The notes below the pieces were generated by a model that was not told the origin of the DNA, did no database searches, and was given only the letters and a program-made list of their open reading frames with translations. 64,000 nt of DNA, from contig NIVC01002186.1 of NCBI GenBank assembly GCA_002269645.1, positions 62,001-126,000 of the forward strand, read 5' to 3'. Each line of letters starts with the position of its first letter. Position 1 is the first letter of the stretch. Shown in pieces: positions 49,616 to 62,214 of the stretch. The stretch is from Macrostomum lignano. Taxonomy: Eukaryota. Both the position numbers and the translations under genes were made by a program.

Positions 49616-50230
49616 TTTTGAATTCAAATTAACTTCAAAAATGCAAAAAAGCCAGTTGTAAGTTGATGAGAGGCTGAAGTTTCCAAATTTTGGCCACTTA
49701 ATAGCTGCTTTCGGACAAGTGACAAGTGAAATTTCCTGCCACTTACAACCGAAGCAATATGTTTAGTTGCTTGAGAAAAAATAAAAGCCACAAGCCATTA
49801 ATATCGACCCCACATTCGACTTTTATAGCCCATGTGTGTTCATTAAAAAAAGAGAGCAATTAACCATGCTTGGGCGATGAAAGCGAGTTATATTATGTAC
49901 TTTATTTCACAACTCTTCTTCAATGACTTTCCTTCAACCAAGAAGCCAACAGTTTCTTCTGTAGTAAGCGATTTTAAGCGAAACACATTTGCCAACAAAC
50001 AAATGCACAAATGAATACAGCCTCCAGCTTCTCCAGCGGGCTCCTCGGGCAACTATGAAGATATTAATTTATAGAGAACAAAATAACCGAAGCAGAAAGT
50101 ATTTAAAATAAGCGAACTTCGCCTTAGTAGAAGTATTCGTATTCCTTTCCTGGCCTTGGCTATACGAAAGTTAATAATGACGTCATCGCGTCGATTGCGC
50201 TCATCGTCAGTCAGTCATGTGACTTTCTTC

Positions 50231-51265
50231 TCAAGAGTCGCCGGCACCCACCGCCTTGCCCGGCGCCGAAGCCTTGGTCGGCTTTTTCACCTTCGACTCC
50301 TTCACCGACGGCAGTGCGCCCGTCGGCGGCCGGTGCCGACCGCAGCGCCGGATCTCGCCGCGCAGCCGGAGCAGCTCTGCCTCCATGCTGGCCATTCGGG
50401 CGGCGCTGCGCGCCCTGGCGCCGATCTCCGCTCTACCGCGCGCCGCCGACGATTCCACAAGGTGGCGAATTGTGCGCTCCGATTGCACCAGCTTGTTAGT
50501 CAGGGCCCGCTCCGCCACCGGCCACTGCACCTGGAAGTACAGCACCTCCTGCTGCAGCGGAGTGAGCTCAATGTTGGCTGGCAGCCAGCTGTCGCCGGAT
50601 TCGTCGGGCCCATTCAGGCCAACCAGAGCGGACAGCCGTTCCGCGCCCTGCCTGACCTCCGACAGCAGCTGCTGCAGGTGCTCGGCCATCGACATCGAGT
50701 CCATGCCGCTGCGCCTGTGGCCTGCCACCGTCAGGATGGTCACCTCCTCGGCCGCCTCGCGATCCGAGTTGCTGCTCTGCTCGTTCATTGCAGCTTTGAA
50801 GGCCGCCTCCGCCTCTGCCGTCGCCGTCGCTGCTGCTGGTGGTTTTCTGTTGAATCGGCTAGAAAGCAGATGCCTCAGCCGGCTGGCAGGCTTTCGGCTA
50901 CTCTTTGCTGCGCTGGTGTTCGTGTCCAGGCACTCCTGCTGCTTCTGCTGCTGAGGTGGCGGTGGTGGAGCCAGCTGGGCCGACAGGCAGGCAGCGGCTA
51001 TGCGCTGCGGCGCCGCATCGAGTAGCGCTAGTAGGGCGGCGCAGTTCTTTAGCAGCGCGGGGACGTACACGAACTCGCTGCTGCCTCGGCCTCGGCCTTT
51101 GCTGCCAACTGAGCCACGCGGCCGCCGCAGCACCACAGGCGGGTAGCCGAGCCGGCGGCATTCGTGGTCCACGTTGTAAGCCGTGCTGACAAGCTCCGCC
51201 GCCGCGGATTCCGTCATGGCACCCGCTGTACCGTCGAATGTCTTCGCTGTGGGATCGGCGGCCAT
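50231..51265 (-). CDS. Hypothetical protein with C-terminal predicted coiled coil (344 aa from first ATG)
   Basis: Uninterrupted GC-rich ORF with exon-like codon usage between AT-rich flanks. Heptad-like segments (LTNKLVQSERTIRHL; RMASMEAELLRLRGEI). No family recognised. A possible acceptor at 51272-51274 suggests upstream exons. Confidence 0.65.
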   Translation of the reverse strand: MAADPTAKTFDGTAGAMTESAAAELVSTAYNVDHECRRLGYPPVVLRRPRGSVGSKGRGRGSSEFVYVPALLKNCAALLALLDAAPQRIAAACLSAQLAPPPPPQQQKQQECLDTNTSAAKSSRKPASRLRHLLSSRFNRKPPAAATATAEAEAAFKAAMNEQSSNSDREAAEEVTILTVAGHRRSGMDSMSMAEHLQQLLSEVRQGAERLSALVGLNGPDESGDSWLPANIELTPLQQEVLYFQVQWPVAERALTNKLVQSERTIRHLVESSAARGRAEIGARARSAARMASMEAELLRLRGEIRRCGRHRPPTGALPSVKESKVKKPTKASAPGKAVGAGDS

Positions 51266-51479
51266 TTTCTCCTGTTCGGGACTTGCCAATTCTGCGCTGA
51301 TTTTCAATGCTTTTCAATTGCGACTCTCCAGTCAGTCTATATTTATTGTCTGACCAAGCAACTGTTCAATTTGAGTGACTGATGGGAGCTTTCAGCCATA
51401 GACAGCTGGCTGGGGAACCCGGCTGAGCTTAGGACAAATGAATCTAAATATTCTGGGTTTACAAAAATGGAGGTATGTA

Positions 51480-51905
<426 letters not shown>

Positions 51906-52534
51906 ACATTGCTCATAATACTACTGCAAGTAGTTAACCGTAGCATTACAAAACCAGTCCAGTGCAGCAAGCATTTCAAAGCTCCCGTGCCTCTTGGCGA
52001 CCGTCAGTCTGGCTGAGCCTAAAATAAGTTGAAAGCGCGCAAGACAAAAAAATGCAGAGCCATTCGTCACAGCTCCGCTCGGAATCTGCGTGTCCCCTCC
52101 CCACTTGAATTTAACTGGTTGTTGCGCGATGACGGCGTCTCCATCATCGGTCGCGGTTTGTATTCGACAAGGACACATACTTGGATTGCAGCAGAGGGCA
52201 ACTGGAAGAGATAAGAGTAAAAGAACGCGATTTAACGCCAAGGATGCGCAAACTGCACGCACTGTGCACAATTGGGAATACACTGTAGTGCCTGTGTAAC
52301 ATTGGAAAGTAAAAACGATAGCTGACTGGATGCAATGCCGGTTTTGCTTTCCATCTCTTCTCTCTCCCCTTTCACGTGTGCATGTGTACGAGTCAAGCTT
52401 TTCTGTTGCACAGCTCGCCATCCTGTCTGCGTATCCTTTGTGCTGCCCGTAATCGCAGCTGCGTGTGCCTCTCATCTTTGATTGATTTCTGTAGAATTGT
52501 AAGGGCTGGTTGCAATTCTGCACTGCTGTGCACA

Positions 52535-53735
52535 GCCCTCTGTAATGCCTGATCACACAGTCTTCTGTAATGCCTGATCACACAGTCTTCTGTAGTGCCT
52601 GATCACACAACCCTCAGTAATGCCTGATCACACAGCCCTCAGTAATGCCTGATCACACAGTCTTCTGTAATGCCTGATCACACAGTCTTCTGTAATGCCT
52701 GATCACACAGCCCTCAGTAATGCCTGATCACACAGCCCTCAGTAATGCCTGATCACACAGTCTTCTGTAATGCCTGATCACACAGTCTTCTGTAATGCCT
52801 GATCACACAGCCCTCAGTAATGCCTGATCACACAGTCTTCTGTAATGCCTGATCACACAGTCTTCTGTAGTGCCTGATCACACAGCCCTCAGTAATGCCT
52901 GATCACACAGCCCTCAGTAATGCCTGATCACACAGTCTTCTGTAATGCCTGATCACACAGTCTTCTGTAATGCCTGATCACACAGTCTTCTGTAATGCCT
53001 GATCACACAGCCCTCAGTAATGCCTGATCACACAGTCTTCTGTAATGCCTGATCACACAGTCTTCTGTAATGCCTGATCACACAGCCCTCAGTAATGCCT
53101 GATCACACAGCCCTCAGTAATGCCTGATCACACAGTCTTCTGTAATGCCTGATCACACAGTCTTCTGTAATGCCTGATCACACAGTCTTCTGTAATGCCT
53201 GATCACACAGCCCTCAGTAATGCCTGATCACACAGTCTTCTGTAATGCCTGATCACACAGTCTTCTGTAATGCCTGATCACACAACCCTCTAATGCCTGA
53301 TCACACAGTCTTCTGTAATGCCTGATCACACAGTCTTCTGTAATGCCTGATCACACAGTCTTCTGTAATGCCTGATCACACAGCCCTCAGTAATGCCTGA
53401 TCACACAGTCTTCTGTAATGCCTGATCACACAGTTTTCTGTAATGCCTGATCACACAGTCTTCTGTAATGCCTGATCACACAGTCTTCTGTAATTCCTGA
53501 TCACACAGTCTTCTGTAATGCCTGATCACACAGTCTTCTGTAATGCCTGATCACACAGTCTTCTGTAATGCCTGATCACACAGCCCTCAGTAATGCCTGA
53601 TCACACAGTCTTCTGTAATGCCTGATCACACAGTTTTCTGTAATGCCTGATCACACAGTCTTCTGTAATGCCTGATCACACAGTCTTCTGTAATTCCTGA
53701 TCACACAGTCTTCTGTAATGCCTGATCACACAGCC
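52535..53735. repeat. 25-bp array TGCCTGATCACACAG(TCTTCT/CCCTCA)GTAA
   Basis: About 48 copies, two variants. Confidence 0.97.
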
Positions 53736-53894
53736 CTCTGCATGGTCACTCCACGCTGTCTCCGCCACAACGCATTCTGCTGTTTGCAATCTGTGTACTT
53801 TTTCAGCCACAAGGCCACTTTTTACTGCAGTTGTAAATCACTGGCAAACTGCTGCTGCTGCTGCTGCAAAACTTTCCACCTATTTGCTACGTTA

Positions 53895-54738
53895 CGACCT
53901 GCTCCTGATTGTTCAGGTCTGGCCAATAGCACCTGTTCCTGATTGTTCAGGTCCGGCCAATAGCACCTGTTCCTGATTGTTCAGGTCCGGCCAACAGCAC
54001 CTGTTCCTGATTGTTCAGGTCTGGCCAATAGCACCTGCTCCTGATTGTTCAGGTCCGGCCAACAGCACCTGTTCCTGATTGTTCAGGTCCGGCCAACAGT
54101 ACCTGTTCCTGATTGTTCAGGTCTGGCCAATAGCACCTGCTCCTGATTGTTCAGGTCTGGCCAATAGCACCTGTTCCTGATTGTTCAGGTCTGGCCAATA
54201 GCACCTGTTCCTGATTGTTCAGGTCCGGCCAATAGCACCTGCTCCTGATTGTTCAGGTCTGGCCAATAGCACCTGTTCCTGATTGTTCAGGTCTGGCCAA
54301 TAGCACCTGTTCCTGATTGTTCAGGTCCGGCCAACAGCACCTGTTCCTGATTGTTCAGGTCTGGCCAATAGCACCTGCTCCTGATTGTTCAGGTCCGGCC
54401 AACAGCACCTGTTCCTGATTGTTCAGGTCCGGCCAACAGTACCTGTTCCTGATTGTTCAGGTCTGGCCAATAGCACCTGCTCCTGATTGTTCAGGTCTGG
54501 CCAATAGCACCTGTTCCTGATTGTTCAGGTCTGGCCAATAGCACCTGTTCCTGATTGTTCAGGTCCGGCCAACAGCACCTGTTCCTGATTGTTCAGGTCC
54601 GGCCAACAGCACCTGCTCCTGAGTGTTCAGGTCCGGCCAACAGCACCTGTTCCTGATTGTTCAGGTCCGGCCAACAGCACCTGTTCCTGATTGTTCAGGT
54701 CCGGCCAACAGCACCTGTTCCTGAGTGTTCAGGTCTGG
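53895..54738. repeat. 34-bp array CACCTGTTCCTGATTGTTCAGGTCCGGCCAACAG with internal CCTGA/TCAGG hairpin
   Basis: About 25 copies; a variant recurs at 340-bp (10-unit) spacing. Confidence 0.96.
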
Positions 54739-55244
54739 CCTCCTTAATTGCTTTCAGGCCATACAATATACAGGCAATACACTGCAGACGCTAGGCATCA
54801 AGCAAATGAAATCGGTCTGACTTCTTGAGTTTTCCATTGACGAGATTTCGGCACAGCCGAGGCACTGCCAGATGGGCCAATCCTTTTGGGAATAAAATAG
54901 AGCCAAGGCGCAGAAGTCGCAGTTTCTGCATAAAACTTCCATTTTTTCTCCATACTTTTATTCTACACCTTTCCTAGCCGAGTCGCAATCCCCATCTTAA
55001 ATGTTCCTCTTTAATGTTCATCCACAGTCATAACCGTATTCGTGAAAAAAGCACAACTGCGTCGAAAGATGACTTGGAAATGATTAAACGATTCGTTTGA
55101 AAATCCGCAAGACGATACGGAGCGAAGCTTCTTTGAGGGTCAGACAGTCGGGACACCACTAAGCTGGGGCTGTAATACGCAATTAGACTTAGTTCGTTCG
55201 CTAAAGAGCCCTGAGCTTTGAGCTTTAAGGATACTAGAATAGCC

Positions 55245-56155
55245 CCAAGCGGTAACTGACACAATCATGTTTCAGATCGGGATGCCACAATGACCCGAAG
55301 CGGTAACTGACACAATCATGTTTCAGATCGGGATGCCACAATGACCCGAAGCGGTAACTGACACAATCATGTTTCAGGTGGGGATGCTACAATAACCCGA
55401 AGCGGTAACTGACACAATCATGTTTCAGATCGGGATGCCACAATGACCCGAAGCGATAACTGACACAATCATGTTTCAGATCGGGATGCCACAATGACCC
55501 GAAGCGGTAACTGACACAATCATGTTTCAGATCGGGATGCCACAATGACCCGAAGCGGTAACTGACACAATCATGTTTCAGATCGGGATGCCACAATGAC
55601 CCGAAGCGGTAACTGACACAATCATGTTTCAGGTGGGATGCTACAATAACCCGAAGCGGTAACTGACACAATCATGTTTCAGATCGGGATGCCACAATGA
55701 CCCGAAGCGATAACTGACACAATCATGTTTCAGATCGGGATGCCACAATGACCCGAAGCGGTAACTGACACAATCATGTTTCAGATCGGGATGCCACAAT
55801 GACCCGAAGCGGTAACTGACACAATCATGTTTCAGGTGGGGATGCTACAATACCCGAAGCGGTAACTGACACAATCATGTTTCAGGTGGGGATGCCACAA
55901 TGACCCGAAGCGGTAACTGACACAATCATGTTTCAGATCGGGATGCCACAATGACCCGAAGCGGTAACTGACACAATCATGTTTCAGATCGGGATGCCAC
56001 AATGACCCGAAGCGGTAACTGACACAATCATGTTTCAGATCGGGATGCCACAATACCCGAAGCGGTAACTGACACAATCATGTTTCAGATCGGGATGCCA
56101 CAATGACCCGAAGCGGTAACTGACACAATCATGTTTCAGGTGGGGATGCTACAAA
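55245..56155. repeat. 51-bp array GATCGGGATGCCACAATGACCCGAAGCGGTAACTGACACAATCATGTTTCA
   Basis: About 18 copies. Confidence 0.96.
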
Positions 56156-56931
56156 GACCCGCATTCATTGTAGCTCTTTGTACGTACCAGGGCAGTAGGT
56201 TAGAATTTGCGGCACCCCTTCAGAGCATTTTTCATAGCTAGAAAATAAACAAGAATTGACGAAGTATTTAGTGCGCATCTTTTTATATACGCCTTCCCTC
56301 CTATACACCTACCAAGGGACAAAGCAATGTCGAAGACAGACAAAACCAGCTTGGATGCCGCCAGTCATGGTGTCCGTGGTTGGAGGGAGGAAAATTATCA
56401 AGCGTTTGCAAGTTCCGCTGTTCAACGGCACCAACTGCACAGAACTATGGGGGGGGGGGTTATTGCCGGGCGCAGAAGACTAAATTGATGGCTCGAGTGG
56501 CTTCATGGGGACCCTGAGTGTAGGGGGGGGGGCAAGGATAGGTGAGGGGGGTCGGCTGGCTGTCTTGCCGCGCTATTTGTACTTTTTTCATATCCGGCCG
56601 AAACAATTGCAGGAAAAGAAGGGGCGGAGAACTTGATGCAGCTGGTCCCAGCAGCCTACATGGTGCTTCCAGCTGTCTGGGATGGGCTGCTGCTGGAAAT
56701 TCCCCAGCCCCCAACAATTCTGCCCAAGCCAATCCCTGGTCCCAGGGCTGGCTTTCTCGGCCTCAGCCCCGGAGCCTCGCTGTTGGCATTCCCAACTTGG
56801 CCGACCCCGCCTCTCTCAGTCTGCAGGCAAAGCTGCCCGGGCAACAGCAGTTATCAAGGCTTACGGGACGGCTAATGCGGTAGAAGGGCTTCCAATTTCA
56901 CTGTTCAAAGCGGCGCAGCTTAGTAACAAAG

Positions 56932-59900
56932 ATGGAGAGCAGCAGAGGGCGAGCTGCTGGGAAGATATCCCGCTACTATGTGAACGTAGGTTGCGATCAG
57001 CACCAGCACCAGCACCAGCACCAGCACCAGCACCAGCACCAGCACCAGCACCAGCACGCAGCTTCGTCGACAGCCGAGTCTCGCCACGTGAGCGTGTTTG
57101 TCACCTTCCTGTCGTCGACTGGCAGCTGCGAAGATGGCGAAGGCGCCGCCTCCTGCCAGCTGCGACAGCGTCAGCAGCGGCTCCGCCAGAAAGGGCAGCG
57201 GCCCGCCTCGGTGCATTGCCACCACCGGCTGGAGGGCGTCCAGGCGGGTAAGTAACTGGTGGATGAGCGATTCGACGTTTCACTCCTTCCTAACCTTCTC
57301 ATCGTTGGCTCCAATTGACAGGTGCGAAAGCGGAACTGAAAGAAGTTGTCATTAATAATCAGCACGCTGGATTCGAATTTGATATGCCTCGGAAACAGAA
57401 AATCGATCAGCAGAAGAACCAAGACTTGAGTCAGCAAAAGAACCAAGACTTGAGTCAGCAAAAGAACCAAGACTTGAGTCAGCAAAAGAACCAAGACTTG
57501 AGTCAGCAAAAGAACCAAGACTTGAGTCAGCAAAAGAACCAAGACTTGAGTCAGCAAAAGAACCAAGACTTGAGTCAGACAAAGAGCCAAGACTTGAGTC
57601 AGACAAAGAACCAAGACTTGAGTCAGACAAAGAACCAAGACTTGAGTCAGCAAAAGAACCAAGACTTGAGTCAGACAAAGAACCAAGACTTGAGTCCGAA
57701 GAAGAACCAAGACTTAGGTCAGCAAAAGAACCAAGACTTGAGTCAGCAAAAGAACCAAGACTTGAGTCAGACAAAGAGCCAAGACTTGAGTCAGCAAAAG
57801 AACCAAGACTTGAGTCAGAGAAAGAGCCAAGACTTGAGTCAGCAAAAGAACCAAGACTTGAGTCAGCAAAAGAACCAAGACTTAGGTCAGCAAAAGAACC
57901 AAGACTTGAGTCAGGAAAGGAACCAAGACTTAGGTCAGCAAAAGAACCAAGACTTGAGTCAGGAAAGGAACCAAGACTTAGGTCAGCAAAAGAACCAAGA
58001 CTTGAGTTCGAAGAAGAACCAAGACTTGAGTCAGAGAAAGAGCCAAGACTTGAGTCAGCAAAAGAACCAAGACTTGAGTCAGCAAAAGAACCAAGACTTG
58101 AGTCAGCAAAAGAACCAAGACTTGAGTCAGACAAAGAACCAAGACTCGATTCAATCAAGCAATGAGGTCTCAACAGAAAATCAGCGACAGAACCACAAAG
58201 ATATTCCAGGTGAGCGTATATTGAGACACCATTAAAGTAGATAAATGGGAATGAGATCTAATAAAATGCACTGTTGCGAAAGATTTATGATATTTAAAAT
58301 ATTAAGAGGAGAGTGAGATCGATTTCTTTCATAAGGAGATTCTTAAAATGCAAAAAAATGAAAACTGAGAGTAGAGATGAGAGACAATGATGAGAAGAAG
58401 ATTAGAGAAGAAGAGACTGAGAGATGAGAAGGGGAGATAAGAGGAAAACAGAGATATACATGGTCGATGGATATAAGGATTGTCAGAGAGGGATAGAAGG
58501 CTTGTCAGAGAGGGATATAAGGCTTGTCAAATAGGGATAGAAGGCTTGTCAGAGAGGGATAGAAGGCTTTTCAGAGAGGGATAGAAGGCTTGTCAGAGAG
58601 GGATAGAAGGCTTGTCAGAGAGGGATAGAAAGCTTGTCAGAGAGGGATATAAGGCTTGTCAGAGAGGGATAGAAGGCTTGTCAGAGAGGGATAGAAGGCT
58701 TTTCAGAGAGGGATAGAAGGCTTGTCAGAGAGGGATAGAAGGCTTGACAGAGAGGGATATAAGGCTTGTCAGAGAGGGATATAAGGCTTGTCAGAGAGGG
58801 ATAGAAGGCTTGTCAGAGAGGGATAGAAGGCTTGTCAGAGAGGAAATAAGGCTTGTCAGAGAGGGATAGAAGGCTTGTCAGAGAGGGATAGAAGGCTTGT
58901 CAGAGAGGGATATAAGGCTTGTCAGAGAGGGATAGAAGGCTTGTCAGAGAGGGATAGAAGGCTTGTCAGAGAGGGATATAAGGCTTGTCAGAGAGGGATA
59001 GAAGGCTTGTCAGAGAGGGATATAAGGCTTGTCAGTGAAATAGAGGGCTTGTCAGAAGGATAGAAAGATAGAACAGCTGCATGCATCAGATATAAGAGAA
59101 GTTCGACTTCAACCAACTCTCTCCACTCCACTCACCCGCCTCAGCCAAATCTACTGACTCGCTGAGTCCTGAGTGCAAGACGACAGCTGAAACCGAAAAT
59201 GAGGCAGCGACTGCGACACCTTCAAACTCTGAGACGTTGGACAGCGCTGTCACCGACCTTAGGAGAGCTTCGCTTATTTCAGTGAGACTCCAGAGGCTGA
59301 GATTGAAAAGTATCCATTGTTACTTTTGGTCTGGTGAAATTGTCTAAACACCATATTGCGAATCTCCCCCTCTCTAAATACCCCTACTGCTAATCTCCCC
59401 CTCTCTAAATACCCCTACTGCTAATCTCCCCCTCTCTAAATACCCCTACTGCTAATCTCCCCCTCTCTAAATACCCCTACTGCTAATCTCCCCCTCTCTA
59501 AATACCCCTACTGCTAATCTCCCCCTCTCTAAATACCCCTACTGCTAATCTCCCCCTCTCTAAATACCCCTACTGCTAATCTCCCCCCTCTCTAAATACC
59601 CCTACTGCTAATCTCCCCCTCTCTAAATATCCCTACTGCTAATCTCCCCCTCTCTAAATACCCCTACTGCTAATCTCCCCCTCTATAAATACCCCTACTG
59701 CTAATCTCCCCCTCTCTAAATATCCCTACTGTTAATCTCCCCCTCTATAAATACCCCTACTTCGAATCTCCCTCCCCCTCTCTAAATACACTACTGCGAA
59801 TCCCCCCTCTCTAAATACCCCACTGCTAATCTCCCCCTCTCTAAATACACTACTGCTAATCTCCACCCTCTCTAAATACACCACTGCTAATCTTCCCCCC

Positions 59901-60076
59901 CTCTAAATATCCCAAACTCACCACCATATTTTCAGAGCTGCAGCAGCGCAGGGACAGTCGAGTGCCAGGCGGAATCCGAGCCGTGCGACTCCGAGGCTCT
60001 CCGGCAGCACCTGATGAAGGAGCACGGGCAGCAGCTGGCGGCCGGGCTGCTGGCCGAGGCTTATCAGCAGCTGCTG
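56932..60076 (+). CDS. Hypothetical multi-exon protein with HQ dipeptide run and about 31 x QQKNQDLS repeats; terminal exon probably near 61617-61680
   Basis: Exons 56932-57247, 57322-58209, 59145-59281, 59936-60076 join in frame (phases 1,1,0) with canonical donors GTAAGT, GTGAGC, GTGAGA, GTGAGG and pyrimidine-rich CAG acceptors. Start and terminal exon uncertain. Confidence 0.6.
58480..59060. repeat. 22-bp array AGAAGGCTTGTCAGAGAGGGAT, intronic
   Basis: Direct inspection. Confidence 0.95.
59355..59915. repeat. 31-bp array TGCTAATCTCCCCCTCTCTAAATACCCCTAC, intronic
   Basis: Direct inspection. Confidence 0.95.
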
Positions 60077-60139
60077 GTGAGGCAGTCAATATGGGAATCA
60101 TTTAATAGGGAACAAGGGAATTAGAAAGATAAGACAGGT

Positions 60140-61592
60140 TTTGGGCGGAAAGAACTGGGAGGGAGTGGGCGGAAAGAACTGGAAGAGAGGGGCGGAAAGA
60201 ACTGTGAGAGGGGGCGAAAAGAACTGGGAGGGAGGGGCGGAAAGAACTGTGAGAGGGGGCGGAAAGAACTGGAAGAGAGGGGCGGAAAGAACTGTGAGAG
60301 GGGGCGGAAAGAACTGGGAGGGAGGGGCGGAAAGAACTGTGAGAGGGGGCGGAAAGAACTGGGAGGGAGGGGCGGAAAGAACTGTGAGGGAGGGGCGGAA
60401 AGAACTGGGAGGGAGGGGCGGAAAGAACTGGGAGGGAGGGGCGGAAAGAACTGGGAGGGAGGGGCGGAAAGAACTGGGAGGGAGGGGCGGAAAGAACTGG
60501 GAGGGAGGGGCGGAAAGAACTGGGAGGGAGGGGCGGAAAGAACTGGGAGGGAGGGGCGGAACGAACTGGGAGGGAGGGGCGGAAAGAACTGGGAGGGAGG
60601 GGCGGAAAGAACTGGGAGGGAGGCAGGGGCGGAAAGAACTGGGAGGGAGGGGCGGAAAGAACTGGGAGGCAGGGGCAGAAAGAACTGGGAGGCAGGGGCG
60701 GAAAGAACTGAGAGGGAGGCAGGGGCGGAAAGAACTGGGAGGGAGGGGCGGAAAGAACTGGGAGGCAGGGGCAGAAAGAACTGGGAGGCAGGGGCGGAAA
60801 GAACTGAGAGGGAGGCAGGGGCGGAAAGAACTGGGAGGCAGGGGCGGAAAGAACTGGGAGGGAGGGGCGGAAAGAACTGGGAGGCAGGGGCGGAAAGAAC
60901 TGGGAGGCAGGGGCGGAAAGAACTGGGAGGCAGGGGCAGAAGGAACTGGGAGGCAGGGGCGGAAAGAACTGGGAGGCAGGGGCGGAAAGAACTGGGAGGA
61001 AGGGGCGGAAAGAACTGGGAGGCAGGGGCGGAAAGAACTGGGAGGAAGGGGCGGAAAGAACTGGGAGGGAGGGGCGGAAAGAACTGGGAGGCAGGGGCGG
61101 AAAGAACTGGGAGGCAGGGGCAGAAGGAACTGGGAGGCAGGGGCGGAAAGAACTGAGAGGGAGGCAGGGGCGGAAAGAACTGAGAGGGAGGGGGCGGAAA
61201 GAACTGGGAGGGAGTGGCGGAAAGAACTGGGAGGCAGGGGCGGAAAGAACTGGGAGGCAGGGGCGGAAAGAACTGGGAGGCAGGGGCAGAAGGAACTGGG
61301 AGGCAGGGGCGGAAAGAACTGAGAGGGAGGCAGGGGCGGAAAGAACTGAGAGGGAGGGGGCGGAAAGAACTGGGAGGGAGTGGCGGAAAGAACTGGGAGG
61401 CAGGGGCGGAAAGAACTGGGAGGCAGGGGCGGAAAGAACTGGGAGGCAGGGGCGGAAAGAACTGGGAGGGAGGGGGCGGAAAGAACTGGGAGGGAGGGGC
61501 GGAAAGAACTGGGAGGGAGGGGCGGAAAGAACTGGGAGGCAGGGGCGGAAAGAACTGGGAGGCAGGGGCAGAAGGAACTGGCAGGGAGGGGC
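60140..61592. repeat. G-rich 21-25 bp array GGGGCGGAAAGAACTGGGAGG(C/G)A
   Basis: Direct inspection; multiple GGG tracts per unit. Confidence 0.95.
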
Positions 61593-62214
61593 GTAAAGAA
61601 TGATTTCACTCCTAAAGCATGTGAAAACGCGAAGCACGAATTGAGTATCCATAGAAATCTTGATGAAAAATGCATTAAACTTCTGATTTGTAGAAAGTAC
61701 ATTTAGAAAAATTCCAAACGCACTGCAGTCAATGCTCAGCAGCAATAAAACTTCTGCTCAAATATTTGCGCCAAAAAGTGAAAACTAGCATAAATACAGA
61801 TGAGCCGTGCTCCCGCTGGGTCACGTGATGCTTTCTTATCTACTGTACTACAGAGGCGCTTGACCAGTTTGCAGTCTGTCGGATAGCTAATTATCTAATT
61901 GGTCAAAATTTTGTATTGTTAAGCACGCATGCACTGGATAGCCGCAGGCTCAGTTTTCCGTTGGAGCGCAGTTTAATGCGAGGCTTCAAGCTGTCAGTAA
62001 GTGGCTGGCATTTTAAATTAATTCTCTGCCTTGCCACATGTCAGCCTCATGGCCAGCTTATGCAGCCTCCGATTGTGCTAGCTAAGGTTAGTGGTGTGCA
62101 CTGTCTGTCTGGGGCTGCGTGGAACACCATGACCAGGGCAAGCGGTTTCCATTTTAGAATCTAAGTTTAAAACTCTGTAAGATGTTTTGAAACAGTGGCT
62201 GTCAGCAACTAGCG

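Noticed and set aside
51921-52556. 211-aa minus-strand ORF upstream of the coiled-coil gene
   Set aside because: Starts inside the 25-bp array, no recognisable domain, and no convincing splice link to 51271.
53895-54738. 34-bp palindromic repeats resembling CRISPR direct repeats
   Set aside because: Units are head-to-tail with no unique spacers, no cas genes are present, and the context is eukaryotic.
55387-56077. CVSYRFGSLWHPDLKHD 17-aa repeat ORFs
   Set aside because: The 51-bp unit is a multiple of 3, the frame is broken by indel variants, and there is no start or splice context.
60098-61745. ORFs over 500 aa on the minus strand and 393 aa on the plus strand
   Set aside because: They are translations of the G-rich intronic array.
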